A DNA stretch of 64,000 bases, taken from NCBI GenBank assembly GCA_951406725.2, contig OX597828.1, forward strand, positions 62,682,001-62,746,000, in the 5' to 3' direction. Under the pieces are notes generated by a model. It was not told the DNA's origin. It was given only the letters and a program-made list of their open reading frames with translations, and did not search any database. A program made the translations under genes and the position numbers. Position 1 is the first letter of the stretch. Each line of letters begins with the position of its first letter. Source of the stretch: Octopus vulgaris (taxonomy: Eukaryota). This document shows, one piece after another, positions 51,046 through 63,927 of the stretch.

Positions 51046-52346
51046 ACATTTCATAAAAATAATTCTGTCTGCTTTAGTACAGAAGCACTAAGAGATTTTT
51101 GTAGCCAAACCGTTAAAAGGATGACGAGGAAGACAATGATGATGCTATTTCTGTGGGATCCCCTTGCATCACATTTCCCCCCTTTCAGTTTCAATCTGTA
51201 AATCTCTCTTTCCCACCATTTTTAGAAGGAATGTCAGCATTTCAGACAGACTCCTTCTTCCATCATTAATTTCTCTCCTCAATACTTTTATTCTGAAGAA
51301 GCATTTTGTCCAAAATGTCGGATATTCTACTCCCCACAGCAATTTCACTACTCTTTTTGTTGCCTTTTCCAAATAACACATACATTTAACCCCTTGAAAA
51401 CAGTCCTTATTTATAAACTGTCAGATTCATATTAATAGTTGTGTCATCATTGTTTAACTCAAGCTAACCTTGAATACAAATCTTTCCAATGGACACCATC
51501 GTGGGTCTCCTCCTCCTTGGGTTTTCTTTCAGTGAATTTCCTTATCCACTCTAGTGCACACCTGTCTGTGTGTGTGTGGGGGGGGGGGGAGACAACAGGC
51601 AGTACCTATTTCATGACATAGATTGCAGAGAATGTCATAAAATAAGGCAAGGTGATCAGAGTGGAACGTCTGTTGAATAAGGGTTGACAATAACCAAGGC
51701 CTGTTAGAAATAGCAGTCAAATCTCATTAAAAAAACACTCTTACAGACTTCAAAAAGAAAAGGGTAGATTAAATACGATAATATATGCAGCTCGATCAAA
51801 CGAAGGGATGGTCACAGTTGGATCACCGATGTTCATATGTCAGGGTTGACCTGACCTAAACAATAATGACACACATGAATGATCATAGGTAATCCAACCA
51901 TGACAATTTGTGTGTGGAGGGAATTTTAAGTGAGTATATCATGTGTGTGTGTGTGTGTGCATCTTGTATTTCTCTATTGGAATTTCCACATTTTCCTTTA
52001 TTTATTCTCTCTTATTCTTTGTTTCAGTAACTGGACTGCGGCCATGCTGGAGCAAAGCCTTGAAAAACGAAAATGCGTCCGGACAAAATGCTTAATGGCA
52101 TTTCTTCCGGCTTTACGTTCTGAGTTCAAATTCCACCAAGGTCGACTATGCCTTTCATCTCTTTTGGGGGTCGATGAAATTAAGTAACCCCCACCCGCAA
52201 CCAAAATGTCTGGTCTTGTACCTAAAATAGAAAGATTTATTATGGTCATGTGCAAGGAAAGAAGTAGAGCGGGAAGAATGTCTCATTTGTCGTTGTGACG
52301 CTTCTGTTTCAAGTTCAATTCCTGACGGAATCAACTTTACTTTTAA

Positions 52347-52646
52347 CACACAAAGCGCGACGGGCCACGATCGTGGCCCTCAGGCACAGGTCGACAGGCC
52401 ACGATCACGGCCCAGATAGATGCATTTAATTTATGGACACTTGTTGGGGGTCTAATGTCACTCAAACACTCCGATACCCCTCCAGAATGCAAGAGGACTA
52501 ATAGTTCAACTAATGACTTTGCAGATGATATACTAAGAAGATATTTTAACCATTTTTTGTTTTTTCTGTGTGCATGGTGGTCTCATTTTCAAAAAATGTG
52601 CTCAGCACTCCATGCTATGTAAGAGCAAATCCCAGCACCTTATGGG
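52347..52646. mobile_element. Possible 300-bp piggyBac-like non-autonomous element
   Basis: TTAA on both sides, imperfect termini (CACACAAAGCGC versus CCCATAAGGTGC) and a duplicated subterminal palindrome GGCCACGATCGTGGCC. Confidence 0.5.
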
Positions 52647-53193
52647 TTAAACCAAACCAGAGTCAATAAAATAAAGTAAAATGTGTTTATATTTTAGAAA
52701 TCTTTGCCATGCACGAAGAAGCAGAATTAGAGGAAACATAAACATCATATTTTCTGAAATTCTGTTTGTTGTTAAACCATTATATGAGGGTGTGTTGATG
52801 TTGTTTAGCCCGTGGTCAGTCTTGACGAAACACGGGGTTCCAGTTGTTTTCATCCAAATGTTTTGTGGGCAGTTTACCGAAAACTCCACTCTACAATGTG
52901 TCCTTACGTTTTAAAGACGGCAGTGAGTGATTTAAGTGACATTTGGTTGCTATGTTTAGCAAGCTGAGCAACAACGTGGAGGATCCCTCGCTGGTTAATT
53001 AAGGAAAGTGTAAAGGGAAAGGTAACAGGTGTCTAATGGTTTCTCATCTGTACCAGACACAGTGACATTTTAATAGGGAACTAAATGGAATTTCCAGTTT
53101 GTTATATAAAGGAGGGATAGACAAGAATGGTCAACTTAACGAGGAAGATGGAGTTAAAAGGGGAGGGGAGAGTTTTTAAATCCATTTACTCAC

Positions 53194-53317
53194 CTTTCGA
53201 AGCTTCGTATATAATCTGGTTGATTTTTTCTCTGTCCAAGTTCTGCATTCCAGCTTTGTTATCATTAAGTCCCAGCCTGGACAAAAGTCCTGCCTTTTCT
53301 TCTGTCCCAGACGACAT
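53194..53317 (-). CDS. POLK: DNA polymerase kappa, coding exon 1 (start codon)
   Basis: MSSGTEEKAGLLSRLGLNDNKAGMQNLDREKINQIIYEASKG matches the POLK N-clasp; GTGAGT donor. Confidence 0.93.
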
Positions 53318-54367
53318 TTCGTCGTATTTTGTCACCCGGGGTGGTTTATCACACTGTTATTAATCTCTGTTCTCACCATCAACGAAAAGAAATGTGTGAA
53401 CCAACACAAAATGAGACAACATCACTCATTAATTACTTTTGATACATTACCTGTAAATGTAAATAAACAATAGTTCAAAGCAATTACTAACCAAGAGCGG
53501 CCATCAAACAATATTTATCGAACCGCAACCACTTCGTAATGACTGAAACTTCTCAACTATTAAAGTAGGCAAAAAATAATTCAACAAAAAATATCTGAAT
53601 ATGAAAAATTTCGATGTTAAAGCTGTTCAAGCAATATACTTAAAACAAATTTAAGTGTTCAATTATGACTGCTATCCATGCGGTCTTCTGTCAGATTAGC
53701 TCTGCATGGCCGAGGGGGGGGGGGGAAGCGCGCGAAATCCAACATGACACACCAGAGAGATTTGTCAACAAAAGTTTATTAGGGACAAACATCTATATGT
53801 CGTGTATCTGTTGTTATTAACTTGATATCTAACGGGGTCCCTAATTGACTTTTGGAATTAGGAGCTTCTCCACTATAGCCACTTGCTGTAGCTTAAGCGT
53901 TCATTTAAAATAATACATGTCAATGTATTTAATAATAAATATTTGAACTTCATTAAACGAATATTAATATATTTGATGCAGAGAATATTTTAATACCGTT
54001 CGTTTCTTTAATTTGCCAATTTACCATTAATTTAGGATTGTACTAAATATAATCATAATAATAATTATTTCTAAGATAAACACAAGGCCATACATTTCGG
54101 GTTTGTAGGTATAGAGACGATGCGAGGAGAGTAGAGCGGTTGTGTAGACATTTTGTGTCATGTGGATGTATGTGACATTGAGGTGGCGGCTGTGCCATGT
54201 TGTAGTGAGGACGTGTGACTGTGTACTTGTGATAGCATATGGACTGTGGAGGTGAGGGCCTAGGGCTGACATTAGGCTACACAGCAGCACGTTTTGGTCT
54301 TAACCAAAAAGACTGAGAATATACAACACTCGACCACACAACCACCTATACAACTGTGTGAGTGTTT

Positions 54368-55110
54368 CACGCGTGGCTTTGTGGTTAGGGGTATTCGGCT
54401 CAGGATTGCAAGGTCGTGATTTCGATTCTCGGCGGCGCTTGTTGTCATTGAGCAAGACGTTTTATTTCACATTGTTCCCGTCCACTCAGCTGGCATCATT
54501 TTTTTTTCTTTTTGGTGATCATTCGGTACTTATAAACCCACGTGGGGTTTATTTACATTTCTGAAGAAAAAAGAAACCTGAACCCGAACCCCACATATAT
54601 AAAAAAAAAAATTTTATGGAAAGTGACAATCTTCTTCAAATGTAAACAAATACAGTGATGTAAAGGGACTCATATCGAAAGAATGCCTGTTTTTTTTTTC
54701 GTTGATGGTGAGAACAAAGATTAATACAGTGTGGCAAACCACCTCGGGTGACAAAATACGTCGGGCTTCCCGGACCGGGCTGTGTGTTGTGTTTTTGAGC
54801 AAGACACTTTATTTCACGTTGCTCCAGTTCATTCATCTATAGAAATGAGTTGCAACATCACTGGTGCCCAGCTGTGTCGGCCCCTTTGCCTTTCCCTTGG
54901 ATAATATCGGTGGCGTGTAGAGGAGAGGCTGGTGTGCATGGACGACTGCTGGTCTTCCATAAACAACCTCGCCCAGACTTATGCCGCGGAGGGTAACTTT
55001 CTAGGTGCAATCCCATGGTCATTCATGACCGAAGGGGGTCTTTACCCTTTTACGCGTGTCTGTGAAGTACTCAGCCACTTGCACGTTGATTTTGTAATAA
55101 CTGACAGAAT
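54368..55110 (+). mobile_element. Composite of tRNA-derived SINE pieces surrounding an inverted copy of the POLK 5' UTR
   Basis: tRNA-like head at 54370-54430; GAGCAAGAC..TTTATTTCAC core occurs twice; family-B-like 3' end. Confidence 0.6.
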
Positions 55111-55659
55111 GCCAGTCTCTTCCTTACTACTGCTTTACAACCGATATTGGTTTGTTTACGTTCCCGTAACTTAACGATTCAGCAAAAGCAACTGAGAGAA
55201 TAAGTGCTTGGCTTGAAAAAAAGAGTACTGGAGTCGATCTGTTTCACTAAAGCCATCAAGGTGGTACCCCAGCATGGCCGCAGTCCAATGACTGAAGCAA
55301 AAGATAAAAGAGGGAGAAAAATAGTAAAAAGAACAGACTTTTTGATCAATTCTAAAATTGTAATTAATAAGTGAAGTCCAGCACAGCTCCCAGACTAAAC
55401 CCACAAAACCCCATTCATTTGGGTGTCTTTGTTATGAGTGTGAAGACTAATTTGGCCCCTTGGGTTAACATCGGTCACTAGGAATTGGCTTTGAGGCAAA
55501 TCCTCAGGCTATGGTCGTTGGGATCTCTTTACAGGTTGGGCAGTGATCACATCCATGTCACATGCCTGGAAAGAGGACCCTAGAAAAGTTACTGGCCTCC
55601 ACCACTGAATATTTTTTAATTAACCAAAATAAATAAGAATAAAAATAAAATCGGTGTGT

Positions 55660-56000
55660 CTGTGGTTGTGTGGTAAGAAGCTTGCTCCCCAAGCATATTG
55701 TTTTGGGTTCAGTCCCACAGCATGGCACTCCAGGCAAGTGTCTTCCAACAAAGCCTTGCGAGAGGATTTGATAAATAGAAACTGAAAGAAGCCCACCTGT
55801 GTTTATGTTTGTCCCCCACTACAGCTTGACAACCAGTGTTGGTTTGTTTATGTGCCCCATAACATATCAATTTGACAAAAGAAACCAACAAAATAAGAGC
55901 TAGACTTTAAAATAAATATTGGGGTCGATTTGTTCAACCGGAAACTCTTCAAGACAGTGCCCCAGCATGGCCACGGTTCAATTACTGAAACAAGTAGAAG
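55660..56000 (+). mobile_element. tRNA-derived SINE, family A, diverged with internal deletions
   Basis: Collinear with 9040-9416. Confidence 0.8.
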
Positions 56001-56681
56001 ATGGAATCATCTTCAGCAAAATAACCTCTCAAAGAATTAAATTAGAAAATATTAAAACAAAAACAAAAAACTGTTGAGTGTCTCGAATTCTAACAATAAA
56101 ACATCATCATCATCGGTTGGATGGTTTCACGGGATCCAACAAGTGAACTAACTGCACCGAGATCCAGTGCCTGCTTTGGCATGGTTACTATGGCTCGATA
56201 CCCTTCCTAATGCCAACCACTTTACAGTGTGTACTCGGTGCTTTTCTTAGTAACGCTGCCGCCAGTGAGGTCACCTGCTTTCAAGAGAAAGGCAAAGGAA
56301 ACCCAAAAAAAACCCTCCCCTTCAACATCTGGCATAAAACCGTCCCTTTCTCTACTACAGCCCCACTCAATTATTTCTAAGAAAAAAATGTTTTTTCTAT
56401 AATGTCTGGGAGTCACAACTTGTTCTTATGATTCCTGTCAAATCTTTTCTCCAAACTGTGTTGAAAAATCTTGAAAATGTTTTTTCTTATCTCATAATTA
56501 ACAAATCCAGATTCCTGAACCTTTGTTGGTTTTAAATAAATCCAAAAATAACAACTTACTCAATCATAGCCATAAAACGTGTTTTAGTCTTCACCTGATT
56601 TTATTATTTCTTGTTTGTTGAACTGCTATATTACAGGACATAAAGAGACAGAATATAAACACATCACTCACTCTCTTTCTG

Positions 56682-56730
<49 letters not shown>

Positions 56731-56768
56731 GTGTGTTTGTGTGTGTGTGCGTACGTGCGTGCGTGTGT

Positions 56769-56845
<77 letters not shown>

Positions 56846-57627
56846 TTTAACGATGAGGATTTTGTTGAACGATCAACTGAGTTATCAACTAACGTATAAC
56901 TGGCTGAGTATTCCACAGACACATGTACCCTTAACTTAATTCTTTGACAAAGTCAGTCTGACAATATGTTGACAAAGCCGTACCTTTTAAATTAAGGGTA
57001 AAATACAATTCCCATCAACACAATTTCATTCACACGGTAGGTGGGAAAGCCGAGGCTGTAGGAAATATTTGCCTAAGATACCAAGCAGTAGGATTGAACC
57101 TGGGACCACATAGTTGCGAAGTGAGCTTGTTAGCCAATTGGCCGTGTGTGTGCCTATACGACGGGGCTTCTGCGCAGTTTCCAAATCTAAAATTCTACTC
57201 ACAAAATATTGCTCAACACAAGGTTTAACAAAAATGTCCTTCGCCTAAGAATCAAATGGTTACACAACAATCATTTTAACCACACGGCTATACCTGCAAC
57301 TTGGGGTTTGGTTTCATTTTATTTATTTATTTTGTCAATAATAAATCAATAATCATCTCTAAAGTTTGTACAATGCTAGAAACTTGGAGGTGAAGGTTTA
57401 ATTGATTAAATCGATCCCGGTAACTTGACTGCTGTTTTATTTTATCAACGCTGAGAAGATGAAAGACAAATTTAGCCACGGCGGAATTTGAACCCAGAGC
57501 GTAATGGGTCATAACTAAATACAGCAAGGCATTTTTGTCGGGAACAAAACCATTTGAATTTGTGCGTGTGATTAAGTTTAAACTGAGAATACATACAACA
57601 AGAATACATACAGTAGTAAAAACTTAC

Positions 57628-57776
57628 GGACTACTTTTCTTGTCGAAAGTTTTAGTAGATACATATAAGTGTTTATTGGCGGAACATTTCAATGCTGGAG
57701 TAGTTCACTGATCGACACCGGTTGACCGGGTTTCGCCTTACGTAAAGATTTTGTCAAACCCGACCGCCGGACGGAG
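57628..57776. promoter_or_regulatory. Putative bidirectional promoter, POLK(-)/TAZ(+)
   Basis: CpG-rich island with GGCGGAA; - strand donor GTAAGT at 57627; TAZ ATG at 57777. Confidence 0.6.
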
Positions 57777-57885
57777 ATGCCTGTCGACCACATCTGGATG
57801 TTTCCAAATAAACCGAGCAGGTTGTGGAGTATTTCTTCTAAGATTGTGCTCTCTCTCGTCGGATCTACAAGTAAACTATGGACAG
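57777..57885 (+). CDS. TAZ: Tafazzin (cardiolipin transacylase), coding exon 1
   Basis: MPVDHIWMFPNKPSRLWSISSKIVLSLVGSTSKLWT resembles the tafazzin N-terminus; 109 bp, phase-1 donor. Confidence 0.9.
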
Positions 57886-60652
57886 GTGTGTTTATGTATA
57901 ACCTCTTTCTTCTGGACATGTCCTTGCCTTTCTTAAAGCAAAAGGTTTCCCTAAATCCCTTCGAAAACTCCAAACCATTAATCTTCCTCTTAAAAACATG
58001 TCCTTTTCTTGTTTCTTACTTGTACGCTTATTTAATGGCATTTAGATTATGTCTTGTGTGTGATCTTTGTTTCACTTAATTTTCATCATCTCGTGATGCA
58101 TATTATGTGTGTGTGTGTTACAAAATGTACATTTTACGTAAACGGAAACATTACACGCACAGACACACGACCGAATAATGAAATGACAGAATTAACAATT
58201 AACTCGCAATAAATATATGGTGTGTATTAAAACTAAAGACTAACATTTACACAAGCAAAACCATCACACACACACTATTAATTCTCGTCAGCGATGAAAG
58301 TAAAGGTTAAACCCTGATTCAGCAAATTTGTAACTAAATGCTTCTTGATCAAAGGACATAGTGCCATGACCATCTCGTCTCCGATTATTGTCATTATTAT
58401 TTCCCTAAGCAGGTATACAAAGGATTACATCAAACAGTATTTCTTAATTTTAAGAGGGCGAGGTTTGAAGTTGTTATGGATGTTATTTCTACGACGGCGA
58501 ACGATCGCATAGAACAGGGGTTCTTAACTAGGGCGGTGGATACTAATATCCTCTAGGGATATTAGACAGACTTGGTCTGTAATGATTTCAAAATAACAAA
58601 ATATTTATAATATTCTTTCCTCTTTATCCATTTGTAAAATAAAACCAAGCTATTGACTTCGTTGGAGTTATACAGGCAACTTATAGAGTTGATGATGTCG
58701 GTGGTGATGTTGGGGTAGATCAGACAAGCCTTTGAATATTTGGAATAATAAATGGTTTAGAACCTCGGCTTTTCCCCTTAGATTCGTAGAGAGAATTCAT
58801 TCACACTGGAGATAAACTACTGGATTTAACAAGGAACCATTCGCTCTATCTACTTTCCTTCTCAGCACATCTTTTACACGAGCTTCTGATTACTGGTGTA
58901 TATTGATTTTACACCATTCTGAATGCCACTCTGTATTTTCTCCGGGTACCACGAAAGCGAAGGAATTTAACTCGTCAAAAAGTAGGTGTTGTCCAGGAGA
59001 AAAAGTGAAAGTATTCTCCATGCCATACAAAATAGCAAAAAGGAAAGGGAACGAACGTAAAATAATGGGGTACATATATATATATATGTGTGTGTGTAGA
59101 GAGAGAGAGAGAAAAGCGGGGACTGTTGAGATAGAATAAAACATTTAGTGTAATGTCATTGAAATTGGATCCAGCAAATATTTTGATTATATTCCGACTT
59201 AACACCAGCTAAAACTTGGCCTATCAACCATAACTGTCTAAGTGTGTCGAATGCTGAAAGAAAAGCGTTCGTTCGTTGTTTGTATTTTTAATTTTAAAAA
59301 TCATAAGCCTTTCACTTCTCGCTCATGAAAACAGTTTTTGACCTGAAAAACACCTGACAAGGTTAATTGCTTTTAATTTAATGGTTCCCTGAGCACGAAG
59401 AAGCCCCAGTTTATCTTAATTTTTCTTATATTTTGTATATAAACTTCAATTTGTAATTTTACACTCACCTACCCTATCGTATTTTGATCTCCACCCCCAA
59501 TGGCATGGGAAGATGACCCGATGAATCTGGCTTTACATAGTCGCTTCACCTGTTAGAAATAGCATCTAAATCTCCCCCCCCCAAAAAAAAAGTAGGGGGG
59601 AAAAATAAAAACGGTGTATAATATCCAGAGTTCATAATTCCTTGCCGTGAATGCTTTTGGTCATATATGGCTGCCGCTCCATTAAGGGTGGCTTGGAGAT
59701 AAACAACAGTCTTGAGAGAAGGTCACTCAGCAATTGTTTCTCACCTTGTTTCTAAATAAATAAGAAGCCTGGTGATAAAGAAATGTACTGTTTAACCCTA
59801 GGTTAATCTTGATCCAGTAGACCTGTGAGCAAAGTTTTTCCACTCTACTTTATCACTTATACTTCACTTGTTGTTTAACCACAGGTCAGTCGTGATCCCA
59901 TAGACCTATCATAAAAAATGTTCCACTCCGATCTATTACTCACACACACTCCACTGTTGTTTACTTAATGACTCATAGGTAAACAACGTCAGCTCTGTCT
60001 GTATGCATGTATATATATGTATCCTTAAAAATGTTTTAACCCGAAGGCCGCGGCCATGCTGGGGCACCAATATATGTATGTTGGTATATATATATATATA
60101 TATGTTGGTATGTATATATGCAGGAGCATTTCCACTATATGATGACATCAGGTAGCCAATAACTTTGGACGAGCTTTGCATAGCATTCTACAAGGTTTTT
60201 TTACCTGAATCTTTTTTAACCATAAATATAATTCTGATTAAGTTTGAATACAAAGACGAGATTTAGTATTATTGTAAATATATTTTGATAAAAAATTTTT
60301 TTTTTAAACTGATTATCTGCTTAACAGGTAACAAAGTTAACTTGTGTATTGCGTATCATATGAACGGTGAAATATTATTTTATATCTTCTTGGCCCTTTA
60401 TTTTACGTTTCTGACACAGCAAAATACATCAATATTTCATAAAGTCAGTTTTCTTAGACATCGTTTTATAATAGGTCCCAGGTGTTATAAAGATAGAGCT
60501 TGACTCAGTTTCCATGGTGACAAAGATCACAACACTTCCCCAACCCCTGGATGGGACTTGGGCCCCATTGAAGGTTGGTCACTTCCCTCTCTGATTTGTT
60601 GATGATAATGACGAGGATACATGTTTTTTTTTTGTATTTTGCTTTGTTGTAG

Positions 60653-60781
60653 ATTGTCTGAATTCGTTTAACATCGTCAATAAAGATGTCTTGTACGATG
60701 CCATTGAGAAGAGACCAGTTAACCAAGGTTTAGTCACAGTTAGTAACCATTACAGCTGCATTGATGAACCGGTCCTGTGGG
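60653..60781 (+). CDS. TAZ: Tafazzin, coding exon 2 (HX4D catalytic motif)
   Basis: DCLNSFNIVNKDVLYDAIEKRPVNQGLVTVSNHYSCIDEPVLWG; TAG/GTGAGT boundaries. Confidence 0.95.
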
Positions 60782-60917
60782 GTGAGTAACACACTTTCAG
60801 TATTTAACTGAGAGTTGATGGATGTGTGTGTGTGTGTCTTTCATCTCAGCGGTTGACTGAATGTGCAGGTGTGCGTAAGATGTGTGATAGAAAACTAGAT
60901 AACACTCGGTATTATAT

Positions 60918-61187
60918 GCCTCTTGTTACTGTTGTTGAGTCACCTGAGCCTCTTGTTACTATTGAGTCATCTTAGCCTCTTGTTGCTGCTGCTGAGTCAC
61001 ATGAGCCTGCTGTTGAGTCATCTGAGTCTCCTGTTGAGTCCTGTGAGCCTCTTGCTGTTGTTGAGTCAGCTGAGCTTTTTGTTGCTGAGTTATCTGAGCC
61101 TATTGTTGCTGCTGTTGAGTCACCTGAGCCTCTCGTTGCTGCTGTTGAGTCACCTGAGCCTCTCGCTGCTGTTGAGTCATCTGAGCT
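60918..61187. repeat. Minisatellite of ~21-30-bp units (CTGTTGAGTCACCTGAGCCTCTTG-like)
   Basis: Direct reading; about 10 units. Confidence 0.9.
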
Positions 61188-62293
61188 GAACTTCGTAGTT
61201 GAAGTTCATGTTTGTTTGAGTGATGTTTCATAGCTTAATATGAAGGAAGCCCTTTTTTTTATTAATGGATGCTCTTCCCATCACCAGCCCTTTCAGGTTT
61301 TACAAGAGTGTTTTTATTTCACTACTCTGAGAACATGTCATAGCTATGACTTTAAACTGCACCCAGTCATGGGGCCCTGCTTTGGGACTTCCTGGGTTTT
61401 AAGAAGTGTGAAACCGCCTCTTGGGGTGGGGAGTGTACACGAGGCTAGGCTCTTGATTCTGGAATCAGCCCAGACACAGCAGAGGTGGTTCAGTTACTGT
61501 CTCTATAGTACCATCAATTAACGACCAAAGAAGGCCAACCTCTTTCAGAGTGTAAAGCTATGAGGTGTAACATTCAAGAATGTAAATGCAACATAATTTC
61601 TTTTCTCACAGGCAATCTCAAGTCGATAAAATATCTTAAATGCATCATCCAAGTATTGGTGTTAGTCTGCTGTATTTGATGGCATATTAGATGCTGTGTT
61701 TTTCCCCAAAAATGTCTCAAAAAATCATCCCAGATCCTAGATGCAAAGTTGACCCTCCCATAAGCTAATTTTGTTCCCAACCCTCACAACTTTTGGCCAA
61801 TTATTGGAATTTCTTGCTTTTTGTAGACATAGTTATGTTTTCTGCTATAATTCAGTTTCTTTCATAATGTCCTGTCCAATCACTTTAAATAAATGAAACT
61901 TTTGGCACAAGGCCTGCAATTTGAAGGGAAGGGGTCAGTTGATTCCATTGACTCCAGTGCGCAACTGGTACTTATTTGACTCTGGAAGAAAGAAAGGCAA
62001 AGTTTACATTGGTGGAATTTGAACTCAGAACATCTACAGGAAATACTGGTAAGCTTTAGATACTAAATGCTTTAATGCACCAAAATCTTCTTTTTCTGAA
62101 TATGTCCTAAGGAAATTGAGGTGCATCTAATATGCCTGTCTATTTTTCATGCCATCAAATGCAAGTGCCCCAGCATGGTCAGTTCAATTAATGAAACCAA
62201 TAAAAAAAAAATACAAAGAGTTTAGCTGACACTTGACTGAATGACAATTAACCATTCTTGGCTTAATTGAAATATCTGGTGTGTCTTTTGCAG

Positions 62294-62506
62294 GAATCCT
62301 GAAGTGGAGGTATTTGATTGGTGGTCGGAACATCCGATGGACATTAGGAGCTGACAATATTTGCTTCACAAAGTATTGGCATTCCTTATTCTTCAGTCTT
62401 GGACGTGTGGTGCCAGTATGTCGAGGGGAAGGAGTTTACCAAAAGAGTTTAGACTTTGTTTTAGATCAGTTGAATGCAGGTCAGTGGCTACACATGTTTC
62501 CCGAAG
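62294..62506 (+). CDS. TAZ: Tafazzin, coding exon 3
   Basis: [26 protein letters not shown]...[18 protein letters not shown]...WLHMFPEG. Confidence 0.96.
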
Positions 62507-62605
62507 GTATGTTGTCATGGTTACTGTTGTTGTTGTCATTTTTACTCTTGTTAATGTTATTGCTACTTTTACTCTCTCTTTTTTCTCCTTATTTCTTCTT
62601 TTCAG

Positions 62606-62647
62606 GAAGAGTAAACCTTTCCAAAGAATTTATGCGACTGAAATGGG
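62606..62647 (+). CDS. TAZ: Tafazzin, coding exon 4 (gene continues beyond the window)
   Basis: [14 protein letters not shown]; CAG/GTGAGT; 42 bp. Confidence 0.93.
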
Positions 62648-63809
62648 GTGAGTTGTTATTCTCATTGCATTGCGTCTTTGTTTTGGTGTGAGGTGGATTG
62701 ACGTGAAAATTTAGACATTAACATGTAGACAGTCCCATTCACTATCACCACCATCCTTACCATCATCATCATCATCACCATTGTTTTAATGCCTGTTTTC
62801 CAACGTTGTCTTTAGTGGAAGTGCTGTATGGTTCTCTCATATTCCTTGATTGTGTATCACCTCACTCACCCAAAGCTTCCAGGTCAGATATGAACCCTTT
62901 ACCAATTTGTTCTGGTTTACCTTTATATTCTGACTTCAACTCACAGCAGTTGTTTACTTGGCTTCTCTCTTGTTTTCACATTTGCATTACATATCATAAT
63001 CTATCCTCAATACATTTATCTACAGTCTTTGAAGACCCTCTGCATTCACTGCTTGTATTCCTCCACCACCCTCACACACAATCACACGTATACACTCCTT
63101 CATATATATGGATCAGGCATCCACCACATTTTGTCCTCCATGTTCATTGTCCATCTTTCACTACCACACATCCTGCATCTTGGCATAAAAGCATTGATCT
63201 AAAAACAGTGATATTTGTCGAGATCCTTGCCAATAAATCATTTTCTGGCCCGTTATTTTTGAAAACAAGTAGAATAAAAAAAAAAATCTTTGAAAAACAG
63301 GTATGGGTTGGTGACTGGAAAAGCATCCAGCTATAAGACAATGTCTCAATAATGGGTATTCGTCCAACCCTTTGCAAAAACAGACAAGTTTCATTCTCAC
63401 TCATCATGCTCTATATTCCATGTCCATATTTCATCATTGTACACCTTTCATATCTTATACATGCACATACCATGTGTAGTCCACGATATTCTCTGCTCAT
63501 TACCCTACACCATCAAACAACTCCTTACACACACACACACATCACACAGTCCTCTTTATATACTGAGTATATATATATATATATATAAGTTCAGTAAAAA
63601 TTTAGTTTCAGATGAATATGATACTTAAGTTAAAGGCACCAGAATTTGGTATGGTATTATCCATATAAATCAAATGGGTGGAAAATGGAATAAGTATAAA
63701 AATGAATATTGTCAATTTAATTAAAAAATTCCATATATGGCTGAAGATTGCTCTACGTTTTAAAACTGATGTAATACTTACATTGTTTGATTAAATGAAG
63801 TAGCATGAA

Positions 63810-63927
63810 ATGATTGTACTGCGCTACCTTTGGATATCCTTGTTGCTTATTTTGATATATATATATATATATATATATATATCAAAATAAGCAACAAGGA
63901 TATCCAAAGGTAGCGCAGTACAATCAT
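63810..63927. repeat. Perfect 118-bp palindrome: 45-bp unique arms around (AT)14
   Basis: ATGATTGTACTGCGCTACCTTTGGATATCCTTGTTGCTTATTTTG and its exact reverse complement. Confidence 0.95.

Noticed and set aside
60923-61189. 88-aa Leu-rich ORF
   Set aside because: Translation of the intronic minisatellite.
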